From the NCBI RefSeq assembly GCF_000738915.1, contig NW_026515634.1:124001-188000 (forward strand): a stretch of DNA of 64,000 bases, written 5' to 3'. The notes beneath the pieces were generated by a model. It saw only the letters and a program-made list of their open reading frames with translations, made no database searches and was not told the origin of the DNA. This document shows positions 38,911-49,444 of the stretch, piece after piece. Both the position numbers and the translations under genes were made by a program. Within the stretch, counting starts at the first letter, position 1. Each line of letters begins with the position of its first letter. This stretch comes from Nematocida ausubeli. Lineage: Eukaryota.

Positions 38911-41900
38911 ATGACGAGCGTAACCAAGCTATTTAAAACACTTAGAGATGCTCCTAATAAGGGAGTAAAAAGGCACATAACAAATGAAATTGTTGCAATG
39001 TACTGCAGCATACCAGCTTTATTAAATACGCTTTTAGAGGAGATTTTATTTCTTTCTGAAAGCAGCATGTGGGAGGACAGGCTTGCAGGCTCTCGCATAC
39101 TGGAAGAGCTCTTTGCAGTAGGGACGATATCCGACGCCTTTTCCAGCAAGGAGTACGTGCTAGGCGTAGACATAGACAAGGTTCTGGAGGCGCCGAAGTT
39201 TCTGGCAATGCACTACACCAAGAACGAAACAGTTAAGCCGGGAAAGGATTTTATTGATCTGGATGACCACAATGTCGTTCTGAGCCTGAGTGACATAAGC
39301 ATACCAGGAACAAAAGACGGAGAGGGCGGGCTGCTCAGAAGAAGAAGGCAGATGCAGAAGGCGCAGAAGCTAGAGGAGAAGAAGGAGATAGAGAAGACAG
39401 AGGACCTGTACACGAATCTGCTCGCAAACATGGAGTCGTACACATGGGAACGAAGGCACGGCGCAGCTCTGCTGCTGGCAGGAATGCTCCGGGGGATCCA
39501 GAGAAGAGACGCTTCTGTTGTGCCAACTGCATTTCTGAACTCCAAGACGTACCTAGAGCCAATGCTAAGAGTTCTTATCCTAGACAGGTTCAATGACTAT
39601 GAAATGGACATAGCTGTGTCCCCCGTGCGAGAAACTGTCGGAAAAGGCCTGAAAGAGATGCTGCCGTTCATAACAAAGAAGACAGTAAAGGATCTTCTCC
39701 TGCTGCTCTCAAAAATGGGCACATATGAGGACTGGCAGATAAAATACAGCGGGCTTTTGGGCCTGCAGTATGTGCAGGACATTATTCATCCAGAGGAGCA
39801 TAAGGAGATAGTCATTGAGATAGGAAAAATATGCCTGAACCTTCTAAATGATCTGGATGAGGATGTAAAGAGGATCGCAGCAAGCATTCTCACAGGCCTG
39901 ATGGATAGATACTGCGCAGTCTATTCTTCTCTCACAGAGGAGGAGGTGCAGGAAAAGATCGACGAGGTTCTTGATGTAGGCGAGGTGGCAGAGAGGTGCT
40001 GGGAGGCCTTGGAAGAAGAGGAGGACCTTGCTATATCTAAAGCTAAAATACTTGGGCTGCTGGAGAAGATATCGCACCAGCTAAAGTATAGTCTGGAAGA
40101 AATAACCAAGGAAAAGTGGGCCTCTGTGCTGGGCTTAATTAGAAATCCAATTGACACAGTCCGGCCTGCTGTTATTTCAATGCTTCAGATTCTGCCAGTT
40201 CTGGATGCAGACAGATTCGTTGCATCTCTTCTCTTCAGCATAATTGCAGAGCAGGAGCCAGAGATTCGGGAGATAACTGCGCAGTTTTTCACGAGAAAAA
40301 TAGCAGAGCTAAAGATGCCAAACCTAAAGGCAATTGTGCATGCTTTTTTGACTGTAGTGTGTGCTTCGCATGTTGTTGGAACTGGGTCGCTTGCAGCGCT
40401 TAAAATAAGCATAGTCGTTGGAGAGGGTGATATATGCGCAACAGACGATGGGTGCAAGTCAATGGGCGAGGAGGCAGTGCTCTCAGGGCGCGCAGCGCTG
40501 CTAAGGGTTTTAGTAGAAGCAGGGCCGCCTGTGACAGAGCACATAATCACCTTCTTTGCAGAGCAGGGGAAATCTCTTCCATACTTCACGTTCTTCAAAT
40601 CAATTGCAGCTGTTCTCCTTGCAGGCAATAAGCTGGCCAGCAGCGGGCTGCAGAGTGTGGTTAAAGAGAAACTGGTGGACAGCCTCCTAGAGGACTCGAC
40701 CGGCAGAGAAAAGAACGATCTGAGTCGTGTGGCGCACAGTCTTGCACGGCATGTATTTAGAGAGCCCTCAACAGAGGATGCAGACATTCTTGCATATATT
40801 TACAATGTTCCCACAGCAAACTCTCTGCTCCGCATTCTTGCGCAGGCAATTAAGACACATCTTAGCCACTTTACAGAGTTCTTTAACATAGTAGTCGAGT
40901 GCGTGTGCGCGCAGGAGGAGAGCAGACTTATGAACATGGTGATCAAAGAGGTAAATGACAGCAAAAAGATTAAGCTCATGGAGGAAGTCGAGGAGAATGA
41001 GCCAGAGTGGGAGATACTTACCCTCTTCAAGGAGGTAAACAACGAGTTTCTGGAGAGCAAAGTGTTTTTAGAGCTAAAGAATAACTTAGGAAGGTGCGGT
41101 ATCTTCCTGCAGAACACAGTGGAGTGCTTTGACTCAATTGAGCAAATGCAGTTTATTTTTGAGTATGCCGTGGAGAACAATATGGACCGGATTGTTAAAT
41201 ATCTGATAACCAAGAGCAGGGAGAACAACGAAAAGTTTATACTGATCCTCATGAAGAAGCTTGAGAAAATAGTGGATGACGCAAGCGCAGACCACACAGA
41301 GTTCTTGTCCTTCGTGGCCAGCACAGTTGGTAGCTCGGACCTGTCTCTTCTTATAGTTATTGTTTTCCCGCTGGTGGGCGCGATGAACACGCACTTCAGA
41401 GTTGACGGGATTCGAGAGCTTGCCTCTAAGGCCTTTGCAATTGCCGCACCCTCTATGTGGATTCGCACACCTGTCCAGTGTCTTTCCTCAGAGCTGGAAG
41501 ATGAAATGCACAAGGCGCAGAAAAGAGTCGACTCGCTGATGAAGCAGGATGACCTCTCTAAGGCCACCATGAATGTAAGCCTGCGAGAGTACCAGCAGAA
41601 GGGCGTGGAGTGGATTGGATTCCTACGAAAAAGCGGGCTGTCTGGCATGCTGTGCGATGACATGGGGCTGGGTAAGACAATACAGGTGCTTGCATTCCTT
41701 GCGCTGCATGAAAAGAACTGCGCTGAAAAGGGAGTGCTTGTCCTGTGCCCTTCTGCGCTGACAGGCCACTGGCACATGGAAATTGAGTCAAACTTTCCAA
41801 CACTTTCTAGCGCTGGGATTGACGAGTTCACTGGAAGCGGGGTTTGTGTAGCATCCTTCGACAAGTTTAGAATGAACTACACAAAGTTTGTGCAGCACAG

Positions 41901-43050
41901 CTGGTTCTATCTTGTTCTGGATGAGGGCCACATAATAAGAAACTCGAACACTCTTCTGCACCAGAGAGTGAAGATGATAAAGGCAGAAAGCAAGCTGCTT
42001 CTAAGCGGTACGCCCATACAGAACACAGTTGGTGAGCTCTGGGCGCTCTTTGACATTCTTATGCCGGGATTCCTTGGGCGAGAGAAGGACTTCTCAAAGG
42101 AGTACATCAAGCCAATTGAAAAGGCCCGGGAGGGAAAAGGCACACTGCATGACGCAGAGATTGCAAAGATAAAGCTAGAGAATCTGCACAAATCGGTGCT
42201 TCCATTTATTCTCAGAAGAATGAAGGAGGCTGTTTTGTCCGACCTTCCTCCAAAGGTGATATCCGATATCTACGTGGAGCTTGAAGAGGTGCAGAGAAAG
42301 GTGTACGACGAGATATCTGTGGAGGGAGAATCAGGAGGCGAGTACGGAAAGACCACTGCCAAGTCAGGAAACTTCTCTCTTCTTTGCCGCCTGATCAAAA
42401 CATGCTCGCACTTGTCGCTGCTTAGCGGAGATGAGGTGCCGCAGATCATTACCGGAAAGGAGAAGAACACAGCGCCATCTGGAAAGGTTCTTGCGCTTCT
42501 GGATCTTCTTAAGGTCATGGCCAACACCAGCAAGATACTTATATTCTGCCAGTACAAGGTCACAATTGACAGGCTTATTAAAGAAGTGGGCGCTGCTTTC
42601 CCAGAAGTTAAGTGGCTGCGCCTGGATGGCACTGTGAAGGGCGACGACCGGTCTTCTCTTGCAAAGAAGTTTAATGCAGACCCAGAGATAAGCATTATGT
42701 ATCTCACCACGCACGCAGGAGGACTTGGCTTGAATCTAACAGGCGCAGACTCAGTGATATTCTTTGAGCACGATTGGAACCCAATGATGGACCTGCAGGC
42801 AATGGACCGTGCGCACAGAATCGGGCAGAAGAAGTCAGTTAATGTGTTCCGCCTGATCTCTAAGAACACAATTGAGGAAAGCATTATGTCCCTGCAGAGG
42901 TTCAAGAGCTATATTGCAAGCACTGTGGTTAACCAGCAGAACGTCGAAATTGAAAGCATGGACACATCCAATGCGCTTGAAAGGCTTACTCGAGAAAAGC
43001 TTCCAAAGGAGAAGACTTCGCGGGAGGAGGAATACCACGATTTTATATAA
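38911..43050 (+). CDS. MOT1: TBP-associated Snf2 ATPase Mot1/BTAF1
   Basis: WERRHGA, LDRFNDY..SPVRET HEAT region; LREYQ, LCDDMGLGKT, LDEGH, LSGTPIQN, GGLGLNLTGAD, DWNPMMDLQAMDRAHRIGQ. Confidence 0.96.
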   Translation: MTSVTKLFKTLRDAPNKGVKRHITNEIVAMYCSIPALLNTLLEEILFLSESSMWEDRLAGSRILEELFAVGTISDAFSSKEYVLGVDIDKVLEAPKFLAMHYTKNETVKPGKDFIDLDDHNVVLSLSDISIPGTKDGEGGLLRRRRQMQKAQKLEEKKEIEKTEDLYTNLLANMESYTWERRHGAALLLAGMLRGIQRRDASVVPTAFLNSKTYLEPMLRVLILDRFNDYEMDIAVSPVRETVGKGLKEMLPFITKKTVKDLLLLLSKMGTYEDWQIKYSGLLGLQYVQDIIHPEEHKEIVIEIGKICLNLLNDLDEDVKRIAASILTGLMDRYCAVYSSLTEEEVQEKIDEVLDVGEVAERCWEALEEEEDLAISKAKILGLLEKISHQLKYSLEEITKEKWASVLGLIRNPIDTVRPAVISMLQILPVLDADRFVASLLFSIIAEQEPEIREITAQFFTRKIAELKMPNLKAIVHAFLTVVCASHVVGTGSLAALKISIVVGEGDICATDDGCKSMGEEAVLSGRAALLRVLVEAGPPVTEHIITFFAEQGKSLPYFTFFKSIAAVLLAGNKLASSGLQSVVKEKLVDSLLEDSTGREKNDLSRVAHSLARHVFREPSTEDADILAYIYNVPTANSLLRILAQAIKTHLSHFTEFFNIVVECVCAQEESRLMNMVIKEVNDSKKIKLMEEVEENEPEWEILTLFKEVNNEFLESKVFLELKNNLGRCGIFLQNTVECFDSIEQMQFIFEYAVENNMDRIVKYLITKSRENNEKFILILMKKLEKIVDDASADHTEFLSFVASTVGSSDLSLLIVIVFPLVGAMNTHFRVDGIRELASKAFAIAAPSMWIRTPVQCLSSELEDEMHKAQKRVDSLMKQDDLSKATMNVSLREYQQKGVEWIGFLRKSGLSGMLCDDMGLGKTIQVLAFLALHEKNCAEKGVLVLCPSALTGHWHMEIESNFPTLSSAGIDEFTGSGVCVASFDKFRMNYTKFVQHSWFYLVLDEGHIIRNSNTLLHQRVKMIKAESKLLLSGTPIQNTVGELWALFDILMPGFLGREKDFSKEYIKPIEKAREGKGTLHDAEIAKIKLENLHKSVLPFILRRMKEAVLSDLPPKVISDIYVELEEVQRKVYDEISVEGESGGEYGKTTAKSGNFSLLCRLIKTCSHLSLLSGDEVPQIITGKEKNTAPSGKVLALLDLLKVMANTSKILIFCQYKVTIDRLIKEVGAAFPEVKWLRLDGTVKGDDRSSLAKKFNADPEISIMYLTTHAGGLGLNLTGADSVIFFEHDWNPMMDLQAMDRAHRIGQKKSVNVFRLISKNTIEESIMSLQRFKSYIASTVVNQQNVEIESMDTSNALERLTREKLPKEKTSREEEYHDFI

Positions 43051-43137
43051 TCCTATTCATCTGCTATATACTGAATAAAACACCGCCTTTAATTTGTTTA
43101 TGTTAAATATTTGTGCGCAGTAGAAGAAAACGTCTTC

Positions 43138-43263
43138 ATGCGCAGCCAGCTCTGGGCTGCTGCTTGCATTAATAGAAGAAAAAGACCCGATCTAGACCGT
43201 TTCATTAATGAACCACTTCTCTCTCCAGATGCAAAGAAACAGATGAGTTCACTGTTTCTATAA
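43138..43263 (+). CDS. Candidate small ORF (41 aa) with DRFI motif
   Basis: MRSQLWAAACINRRKRPDLDRFINEPLLSPDAKKQMSSLFL*; more GC-rich than its flanks; below the ORF-track cut-off. Confidence 0.3.
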   Translation: MRSQLWAAACINRRKRPDLDRFINEPLLSPDAKKQMSSLFL

Positions 43264-43367
43264 TTTATCTAATCTTTCTTTTGTTTTGTTTGCGTATGAC
43301 ATAAGATAATTGGTTTTGTGAGATTTAATTCGCACTTCAATAACCCGAAATTGTTTATTTACAAACA

Positions 43368-44465
43368 ATGCGGAGATTTGCGTTTGTTTCTGAACAGCCG
43401 CATGTCTCAAGTGAGGATCTAATGCGAAAGCATAGACATCCGATAAGCCCAACGGTATTTTCGCATGAGTATGAGAAACTACTTTCCGGCCAGGAACCGA
43501 ATTTCTATTTTCAAGAAGAGACATGCCCTGCATGGGAAAAAAAGACGGCCCCAATCCGTATAACCCGTGTAAATGGGCTGGCTGACGACTTCTACAGCAG
43601 CCTGCTGGACTGGCAGGGAAGCACCATAGCCTTTGCCCTAGACGAAAGAATTTTTGTTCAGAACTTCCTAACAGGCAAAACATGCCTGCTTGCCAGGCTC
43701 AGCAATGCATATATAACGTCTGTTAAAATCTCTCCAAACAACAGCACTATCTGCGTTGGCACGTGCACAGGCGATATTGGCATCATCGATATGAATGGAA
43801 AGGTCCTTGCAAAGCGGCACTTACACAAGTCTCGGATTGGCGCTATGGAGTGGAATGGCAGGCAGGCAGTCACAGGAAGCAGGGACAGAACAATCAAAAC
43901 AGTTGACTTTCGGGTACTTGAGGAGACACAAAGCATATCCCTGCACACGCAGGAGGTGTGCGGCCTGGCTCATTCTCCATCCAAGGACTATCTTGCAACT
44001 GGCGGTAATGACAATAAGGTATTTATAATAGACAACAGAACAAGCACGCCAATACACACGCTCTCTGCACACAAGGCTGCGGTGAAGGCACTTGGCTGGT
44101 GTCCGGATAAGATGGATACGCTTGCCACAGGCGGGGGAACAGCTGACAGAACAGTCAAGGTCTGGAATCTCTCCGGCGCAAAGGAGTGCATTATTGACTC
44201 AATTGACTATGGCTCACAGGTTTGCAACATTCGCTGGACAAAAAAGAACGAAATACTTACCACGCACGGATACACACAGAACGACGTGCGCATTTTGAAC
44301 ATGGCAAAAAACAAGCAGACGCATGTTTTTGAAGGGCACCGCAATAGAGTCATCCACTTTGGCATGAGCTCCGAGGAGGAGTACTTTGCAACAGGATCTG
44401 GAGACGAGACCGTCTGTGTCTGGCGCGCGCGCGAGAATGACCTGGCAAACTTCCCGGTGAGATAG
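43368..44465 (+). CDS. APC/C activator Cdc20/Cdh1 (WD40)
   Basis: GLADDFYSSLLDW, HTQEVCGL, ATGGNDN, AHKAAVKALGWCP, ATGGGTAD, SQVC, THGY; C-terminal VR (IR-tail-like). Confidence 0.93.
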   Translation: MRRFAFVSEQPHVSSEDLMRKHRHPISPTVFSHEYEKLLSGQEPNFYFQEETCPAWEKKTAPIRITRVNGLADDFYSSLLDWQGSTIAFALDERIFVQNFLTGKTCLLARLSNAYITSVKISPNNSTICVGTCTGDIGIIDMNGKVLAKRHLHKSRIGAMEWNGRQAVTGSRDRTIKTVDFRVLEETQSISLHTQEVCGLAHSPSKDYLATGGNDNKVFIIDNRTSTPIHTLSAHKAAVKALGWCPDKMDTLATGGGTADRTVKVWNLSGAKECIIDSIDYGSQVCNIRWTKKNEILTTHGYTQNDVRILNMAKNKQTHVFEGHRNRVIHFGMSSEEEYFATGSGDETVCVWRARENDLANFPVR

Positions 44466-44530
44466 CCAATCAGAGATGTTTGTTTGTTGTTTCACCAGTT
44501 TTAAATAAATTCAGTTTCACACATAACAAT

Positions 44531-45124
44531 ATGGACGCTAGCAAGAAGGCTGAAGATAGAAATAGTAAAAAATTTGATCTTTTGGATCTTTCAGAATACG
44601 ACTACATCTACAAATCAGAGCCTGCATTTGAGCCTGACTTTAATTTTTCAATGACAAGCGAGGCCAAGTTCCCAGGCATGCCCTCCACCACATCTGCAAA
44701 CAGATACTTCCTGGACGAGCAGTTTTCAGCATATGCGCAGCAGCAGCCCTCCGTGCAGCCAGACGTGCACCGGGTGAAGGAGAAGACAATTAACTACTTT
44801 AGCGCAAATGTTCCAAGACACAATCGCGAGGAAAGCTATCTCTCCTTCAGCGGTGCAGGCGATGCAAGGCACTCCCACAGAAATGAGTATGACTACTATG
44901 GGCAGGGAAGCGAGCATGCTGTATTTGTAAATGCCAACCAGTATCAGTACATCAAAAGAAGAAAGGAGAGGCGCGACTATCTGGATACGCTTGAGAAGAA
45001 AACAAACGCAGCATATCAGCACGAGAGCAGGCACAAACATGCTATGAAAAGGCCGCGCGCCCCATCAGGCAGGTTCCTTACAAAAGAGGAGGCTTTCCTG
45101 GAGGATCCTTTACGCAAAGAATAA
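44531..45124 (+). CDS. HAP2: CCAAT-binding factor subunit A (NF-YA/Hap2)
   Basis: VFVNANQYQYIKRRK...YQHESRHKHAMKRPRAPSGRFLT. Confidence 0.93.
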   Translation: MDASKKAEDRNSKKFDLLDLSEYDYIYKSEPAFEPDFNFSMTSEAKFPGMPSTTSANRYFLDEQFSAYAQQQPSVQPDVHRVKEKTINYFSANVPRHNREESYLSFSGAGDARHSHRNEYDYYGQGSEHAVFVNANQYQYIKRRKERRDYLDTLEKKTNAAYQHESRHKHAMKRPRAPSGRFLTKEEAFLEDPLRKE

Positions 45125-45149
45125 ATATGCTATCATATGAATTTTTTTA

Positions 45150-46928
45150 ATGGGCATTATACTGGAGAATGATACAGTGCAGGACAAGCAGCTGGGCAAT
45201 GCCATTCTGTGCTATCTGAACATCCCATACTTCAGGAACAACACATGGTATCTTGCGCTGTGGAAGAGGCTTTTTGAGCTAAAGCACTCTGCAGAGATTC
45301 TTTTTCTTATGCGAATGAAGGACATTGGGCTTCTCAATGCGTGGGTATATCTGCAGCTGCACGCGCATTTTCTTGAAAAAGGGTGTCTGTCCTGCGCACA
45401 TGCCATTCTGGTTGAAGGCATCAAGGCGCAGGCGTATCCAATTGAGTCGCTAGAAGAGAAGGTGAACTACACAATACCAAAGGAGCATCCCTTGGAGGTG
45501 CCTGCGCGAATTCGGCTGTTTGGAAAAGAGTGGGTGTGCGTTGTAGAGTACGCACATCTAGCAAAAACACTCCAAAAAGAAGGAAGATCGGTGACCTACA
45601 CAGAGTACAGAATTATACAGCATATTCGAAAAGAAAAAAGAATAGAAGAGGAGGAGACAGAAAAAGGCCTAAATGAAGTTTCTCTTATGTTTGGAAGCCT
45701 AAGAAATAGGTCTACACATAACGAGGCAGATCCATCAACAGAGAAAGAATCAGAGCTAGAGAAAGAATCAGAGCCAGAGAACTTGGCTGAAAAGAGCGAG
45801 TTATCTGACTATTTACCCAAGCGGCAAAAAACAAACCAGGTGGAAAATGCCCATATAGCAAGCACATATTCTGCAGAAGATCTCCTAGAGATCTCTAAAA
45901 AAGAGACTCATATGATTAAAGAATTCTCAAAGGAAGCCCCCGGCAGCGCAGATGGGAGTCCAAATAAGTCTCTCAATATAGGCGAGCTGAGTTTGGCATA
46001 TACTGGCAGCATACAGGAGGTATATAAAGAAGCCTTTACAGAGATAACAGAAGGCCCAGATAAGGCAGATATTAATTCAGAAGAGTTCCTGATGGCTCCA
46101 GAAGAAGACGGATCTCCAGGTGAAGCAGATCTATCCAAGGCAATAGACATTGACATCTGCGAGAGCAAGAATGAGCTGTACAGCAAGCATGGTATTCTTC
46201 AGAACAGCACTGTATTTGGCAGCCCTATGGTAGGCAGCAAGCTTGTCATTCAGGAAATGCTCTACATTGTGAAGAAACAGCTTGGCGGCAGCTCTTTCCT
46301 GGCCACTCGCATAGCCAGCCTCGGAGACGGAAATGTGACCCTCAATGCGCGAGACTATGCACTGCGGTCTATCTCAGATATATCAGAGTATACAATATCC
46401 CGAGAGCTGGACAAGACAGAACACACTATTCCAATTGATCTCGCAGTTAAGTACTCTGACAAGCTCATTGTGCTTTCCGCATACAAAGAAATGGGAGCTC
46501 TAGACAAAGCACTGCAGCTCATTGTTGAGAAAACAGGGTACATCCCAGAAACACTTTCTGCGCATTATGTAAAAGAGGTTCTTGTAATAGGCATGTGCCT
46601 CCACAAAATAGGATATGACATATCGGCGTGCTCTCTAAAGGACTTTGTGCTTTCTGTTGAAAATGGAAAAATATCCATAAAGCTTGCAATGTACAAGAAT
46701 GTTCAGTTAGGCAATGCATTTCCTGCACGCGCGTCAAAGATGGCTTCGCGCATTCTTGAAAACACCCGCATAGAAAACACACAATCCCTGCTTACACACC
46801 CGCTACCACTAGCCCAGTGGATATCAAAGCTCACCGCATACACCGCACAGAAAAAAGAAGCCTCTCTGCTCCAAAGCCTCTTCATTACACAGGAGGTCTG
46901 CATATATGAAGAAGCACAGCTAGTCTGA
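45150..46928 (+). CDS. Bub1/Mad3-family checkpoint protein with degenerate kinase region
   Basis: TPR-like LMRMKDIG...AWVY...A.AILVEGI...AYPIESL; C-terminal kinase-like fold lacking canonical catalytic motifs. Confidence 0.7.
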   Translation: MGIILENDTVQDKQLGNAILCYLNIPYFRNNTWYLALWKRLFELKHSAEILFLMRMKDIGLLNAWVYLQLHAHFLEKGCLSCAHAILVEGIKAQAYPIESLEEKVNYTIPKEHPLEVPARIRLFGKEWVCVVEYAHLAKTLQKEGRSVTYTEYRIIQHIRKEKRIEEEETEKGLNEVSLMFGSLRNRSTHNEADPSTEKESELEKESEPENLAEKSELSDYLPKRQKTNQVENAHIASTYSAEDLLEISKKETHMIKEFSKEAPGSADGSPNKSLNIGELSLAYTGSIQEVYKEAFTEITEGPDKADINSEEFLMAPEEDGSPGEADLSKAIDIDICESKNELYSKHGILQNSTVFGSPMVGSKLVIQEMLYIVKKQLGGSSFLATRIASLGDGNVTLNARDYALRSISDISEYTISRELDKTEHTIPIDLAVKYSDKLIVLSAYKEMGALDKALQLIVEKTGYIPETLSAHYVKEVLVIGMCLHKIGYDISACSLKDFVLSVENGKISIKLAMYKNVQLGNAFPARASKMASRILENTRIENTQSLLTHPLPLAQWISKLTAYTAQKKEASLLQSLFITQEVCIYEEAQLV

Positions 46929-47563
46929 AAAGCCTTGGCATATATCCCACAGAACAGATACCGCATTATTAGGAAGTTTTCCAGCGAGAAGTGACGACTC
47001 TGAAGATATTGTTGTAAATAAATGGATATTAGACTATTACAAGCATCTTGCCCTCTTTTATCCATTTTCTATCTGCGCGAAGTATTTAGCCCATATATAG
47101 CTGTATTTGTTAAATATAAACAGGCCCACTATTCAGATGGGCTGTGCTGAGTGTATTTTAAAGAAAATATTGCTTACTAATAGCCAAAAATATAGGAAGA
47201 TCAATAGGTGCTTTGCGAGAATTAAGCCAATTATATTTTGTAAATATCAGATGCACGCAGATAGCACTTATTGTTTAAAGAATATACACAGCCCAAGACA
47301 CGCCCGCCTCAAAATACATTAAAGAATTAATTGCATGCAATAAGAAAAGCTTTACATTAAAAATACTTTAACTAAACAGAGTATATTTATAATTTGAATA
47401 TAAGCTAGAGGCTGCAAAAATACTAATCATCCAAGTTACATTAAGAGAAATCAGAAACTGCTGCACTCTGACAGTACAGACATCTTCTGTGCTGCTTCAT
47501 CAGATATGTCTTAAGGATATACAGTATACGCGTGAGGGAACGGATGGGCTTAGTATATTGTGA

Positions 47564-47635
47564 TCCCTTGTGGTCTAGTGGCTAGGATTTCGCGTTTTCA
47601 CCGCGACGGCCGGGGTTCAATTCCCTGCAAGGGAA
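47564..47635 (+). tRNA. tRNA-Glu(TTC)
   Basis: Acceptor TCCCTTG/CAAGGGA, TGGTCTAGTGG, anticodon stem TCGCG/CGCGA with TT-TTC-AC loop, GGTTCAATTCC, downstream T-run. Confidence 0.96.
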
Positions 47636-48197
47636 CTCTTTTTTGGGTCTTTTGCTTTCTACCTCTCTAGTAACTCTCTCTGTGCCTTTGCGCGCTTTCA
47701 TTTTTATTTATCCATTATGAATAAACCAATGTCCAGTCTGCAGAGAATGAATTCCTGTACTATTTTATTTAAAGCTTGCTTGTATATGCATGCAGAGCGT
47801 CCTTTTGTATGCAGCTGGTTGGATTTAGGCTGTTAAACTCCTTTTTATTGGCACTTTATAGCTTTAGCTAATGCCTCCTCACCAATTGCAAAGAAGTTTC
47901 TCTTTCCATTTTTCTGTGTAGTTTTGCTAATACTGTGTGCATAGTTGTGCAAGTACTACTACTTCTCTCTTCTTATGTACAAACCAGTGCCTCTGTTGAA
48001 TAAATGTTAGACAAGCATGCTGCTCTAATATGAAAGATGCGCTCCTTTGTATACGGAAATGGCAGTGCATGCCGCTGTATTTCTATCTATAGCACATTTA
48101 GAAAAATGCACAGTCGCACTCATGCGCACGTGCACGTGTCCTTAAATAGGTGCAAAAAGAAACAATAGAACCCAGACAGTAGAAATAGAATATTTTA

Positions 48198-48761
48198 TTA
48201 TTCAGCAGCTGCTCTGGCGGCCTTCTTTGCAGTTCTTCCAAGCTTGGCGCCCATCAGTGCAGAGTTGGGTGAGATCTCTATGTATCCTTCGCTCTCGGCA
48301 GCAACAATAAATCCTGGCTTGTCAACAATAGCACCGTTTACTGTTATGTGTCTCTGGTAGATCAGAACACGTGCGCGGTGAATGCTCTTTGCAAGGCCTA
48401 GGTTCATTACCATTGTCTGGAGTCTTCTGTTGAGCAGAGCTGTGATGTTTAAATCTAGAACCTTCTCAAGCTCGGTAATAATAGACTTCTTGGACTGGTA
48501 GTTGATTCCAGTGATGAGGCCCTGCTTCTCTAGTCTGTGAAGCAGTGCTCTTCCCTGCACCATCTGGTAGTCTTCGTCTGTGTGTATAAGAAGATCCTTT
48601 GCTCTTTTCTTTACGTCGTGGAATATCTTCTCAAGCACTCTGAGTTCTCTCTTGGACTTTAGCCCATACTCTCCTACGTACTTCATCTCGTTAATAAGCC
48701 TTTGCTTGTCGAATGGTCTTCTTACAGAGCCAGCTCTCTTTGAAAATGTTGGTCTTGCCAT
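48198..48761 (-). CDS. RPS9: 40S ribosomal protein S9 (uS4)
   Basis: RRPFDKQRL, GEYGLKSKREL, RRLQT, LAKSIHRARVLIYQRHI; ATG 48761. Confidence 0.96.
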   Translation of the reverse strand: MARPTFSKRAGSVRRPFDKQRLINEMKYVGEYGLKSKRELRVLEKIFHDVKKRAKDLLIHTDEDYQMVQGRALLHRLEKQGLITGINYQSKKSIITELEKVLDLNITALLNRRLQTMVMNLGLAKSIHRARVLIYQRHITVNGAIVDKPGFIVAAESEGYIEISPNSALMGAKLGRTAKKAARAAAE

Positions 48762-48782
48762 GCAGGGGATTAAAAAAGAAAA

Positions 48783-49118
48783 ATGAAAATACAGTATGTT
48801 ATAGTGAGAAGAGACACAGAATTCACGCACGGAGCAACCATAGCACAGGCCGTGCACGCAGTAACACTATGCCAGCACACACACTTTGACAAAGACTACC
48901 TGGAGTACTGTCGAGAGGGATTTGCCATGCGCACAGTCATTCTCCAGTGCACACAAGAAAACATGCCAGAAATAATAAAAGAACTGCAGGAAAGGAAAAT
49001 AAAGCACTGCGTATGGCGCGAGATGCCAGAAGACATTGAGACTGCAATAGCTCTATATCCGTACGAAAAAGACCTTATAAAGGCAATACCCGCCATAAGA
49101 AAGCTTAAGCTGTACTAG
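48783..49118 (+). CDS. Peptidyl-tRNA hydrolase 2 family (PTRHD1-like)
   Basis: QYVIVRRD...GATIAQAVHA, MRTVILQ, VWREMPEDIETAIALYP, LKLY. Confidence 0.88.
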   Translation: MKIQYVIVRRDTEFTHGATIAQAVHAVTLCQHTHFDKDYLEYCREGFAMRTVILQCTQENMPEIIKELQERKIKHCVWREMPEDIETAIALYPYEKDLIKAIPAIRKLKLY

Positions 49119-49444
49119 CACAGAAAGATCACACAATAGTGCGCCTACATGAATAAACAGCTCTGCATGCGCATGCCTCTGTCTTATATCCCTTTGCTAC
49201 TTATTTTCACACGCTGTATATCTAGTGTGTACTCTGCACAGAGTCTACACAGACTAATTCTTGATTTAGACAAAAATCAAATCACGGGGGATAAAGAAGT
49301 ACACAGGGAACAGACAGCCCGATATGAAAGTGGGCAATATCATAATGCCTGCGCTGCCAGCCGTATTTAGCAATATATTGCAATAGGCTTCTTTGCAGCT
49401 AAAATTCTAAGTTTAACTAAATTTTAAATTTTATTCCCCCAGCA

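Noticed and set aside
45740..45780. 18-bp tandem duplication (EKESEL/EKESEP)
   Set aside because: Ordinary slippage in a disordered linker
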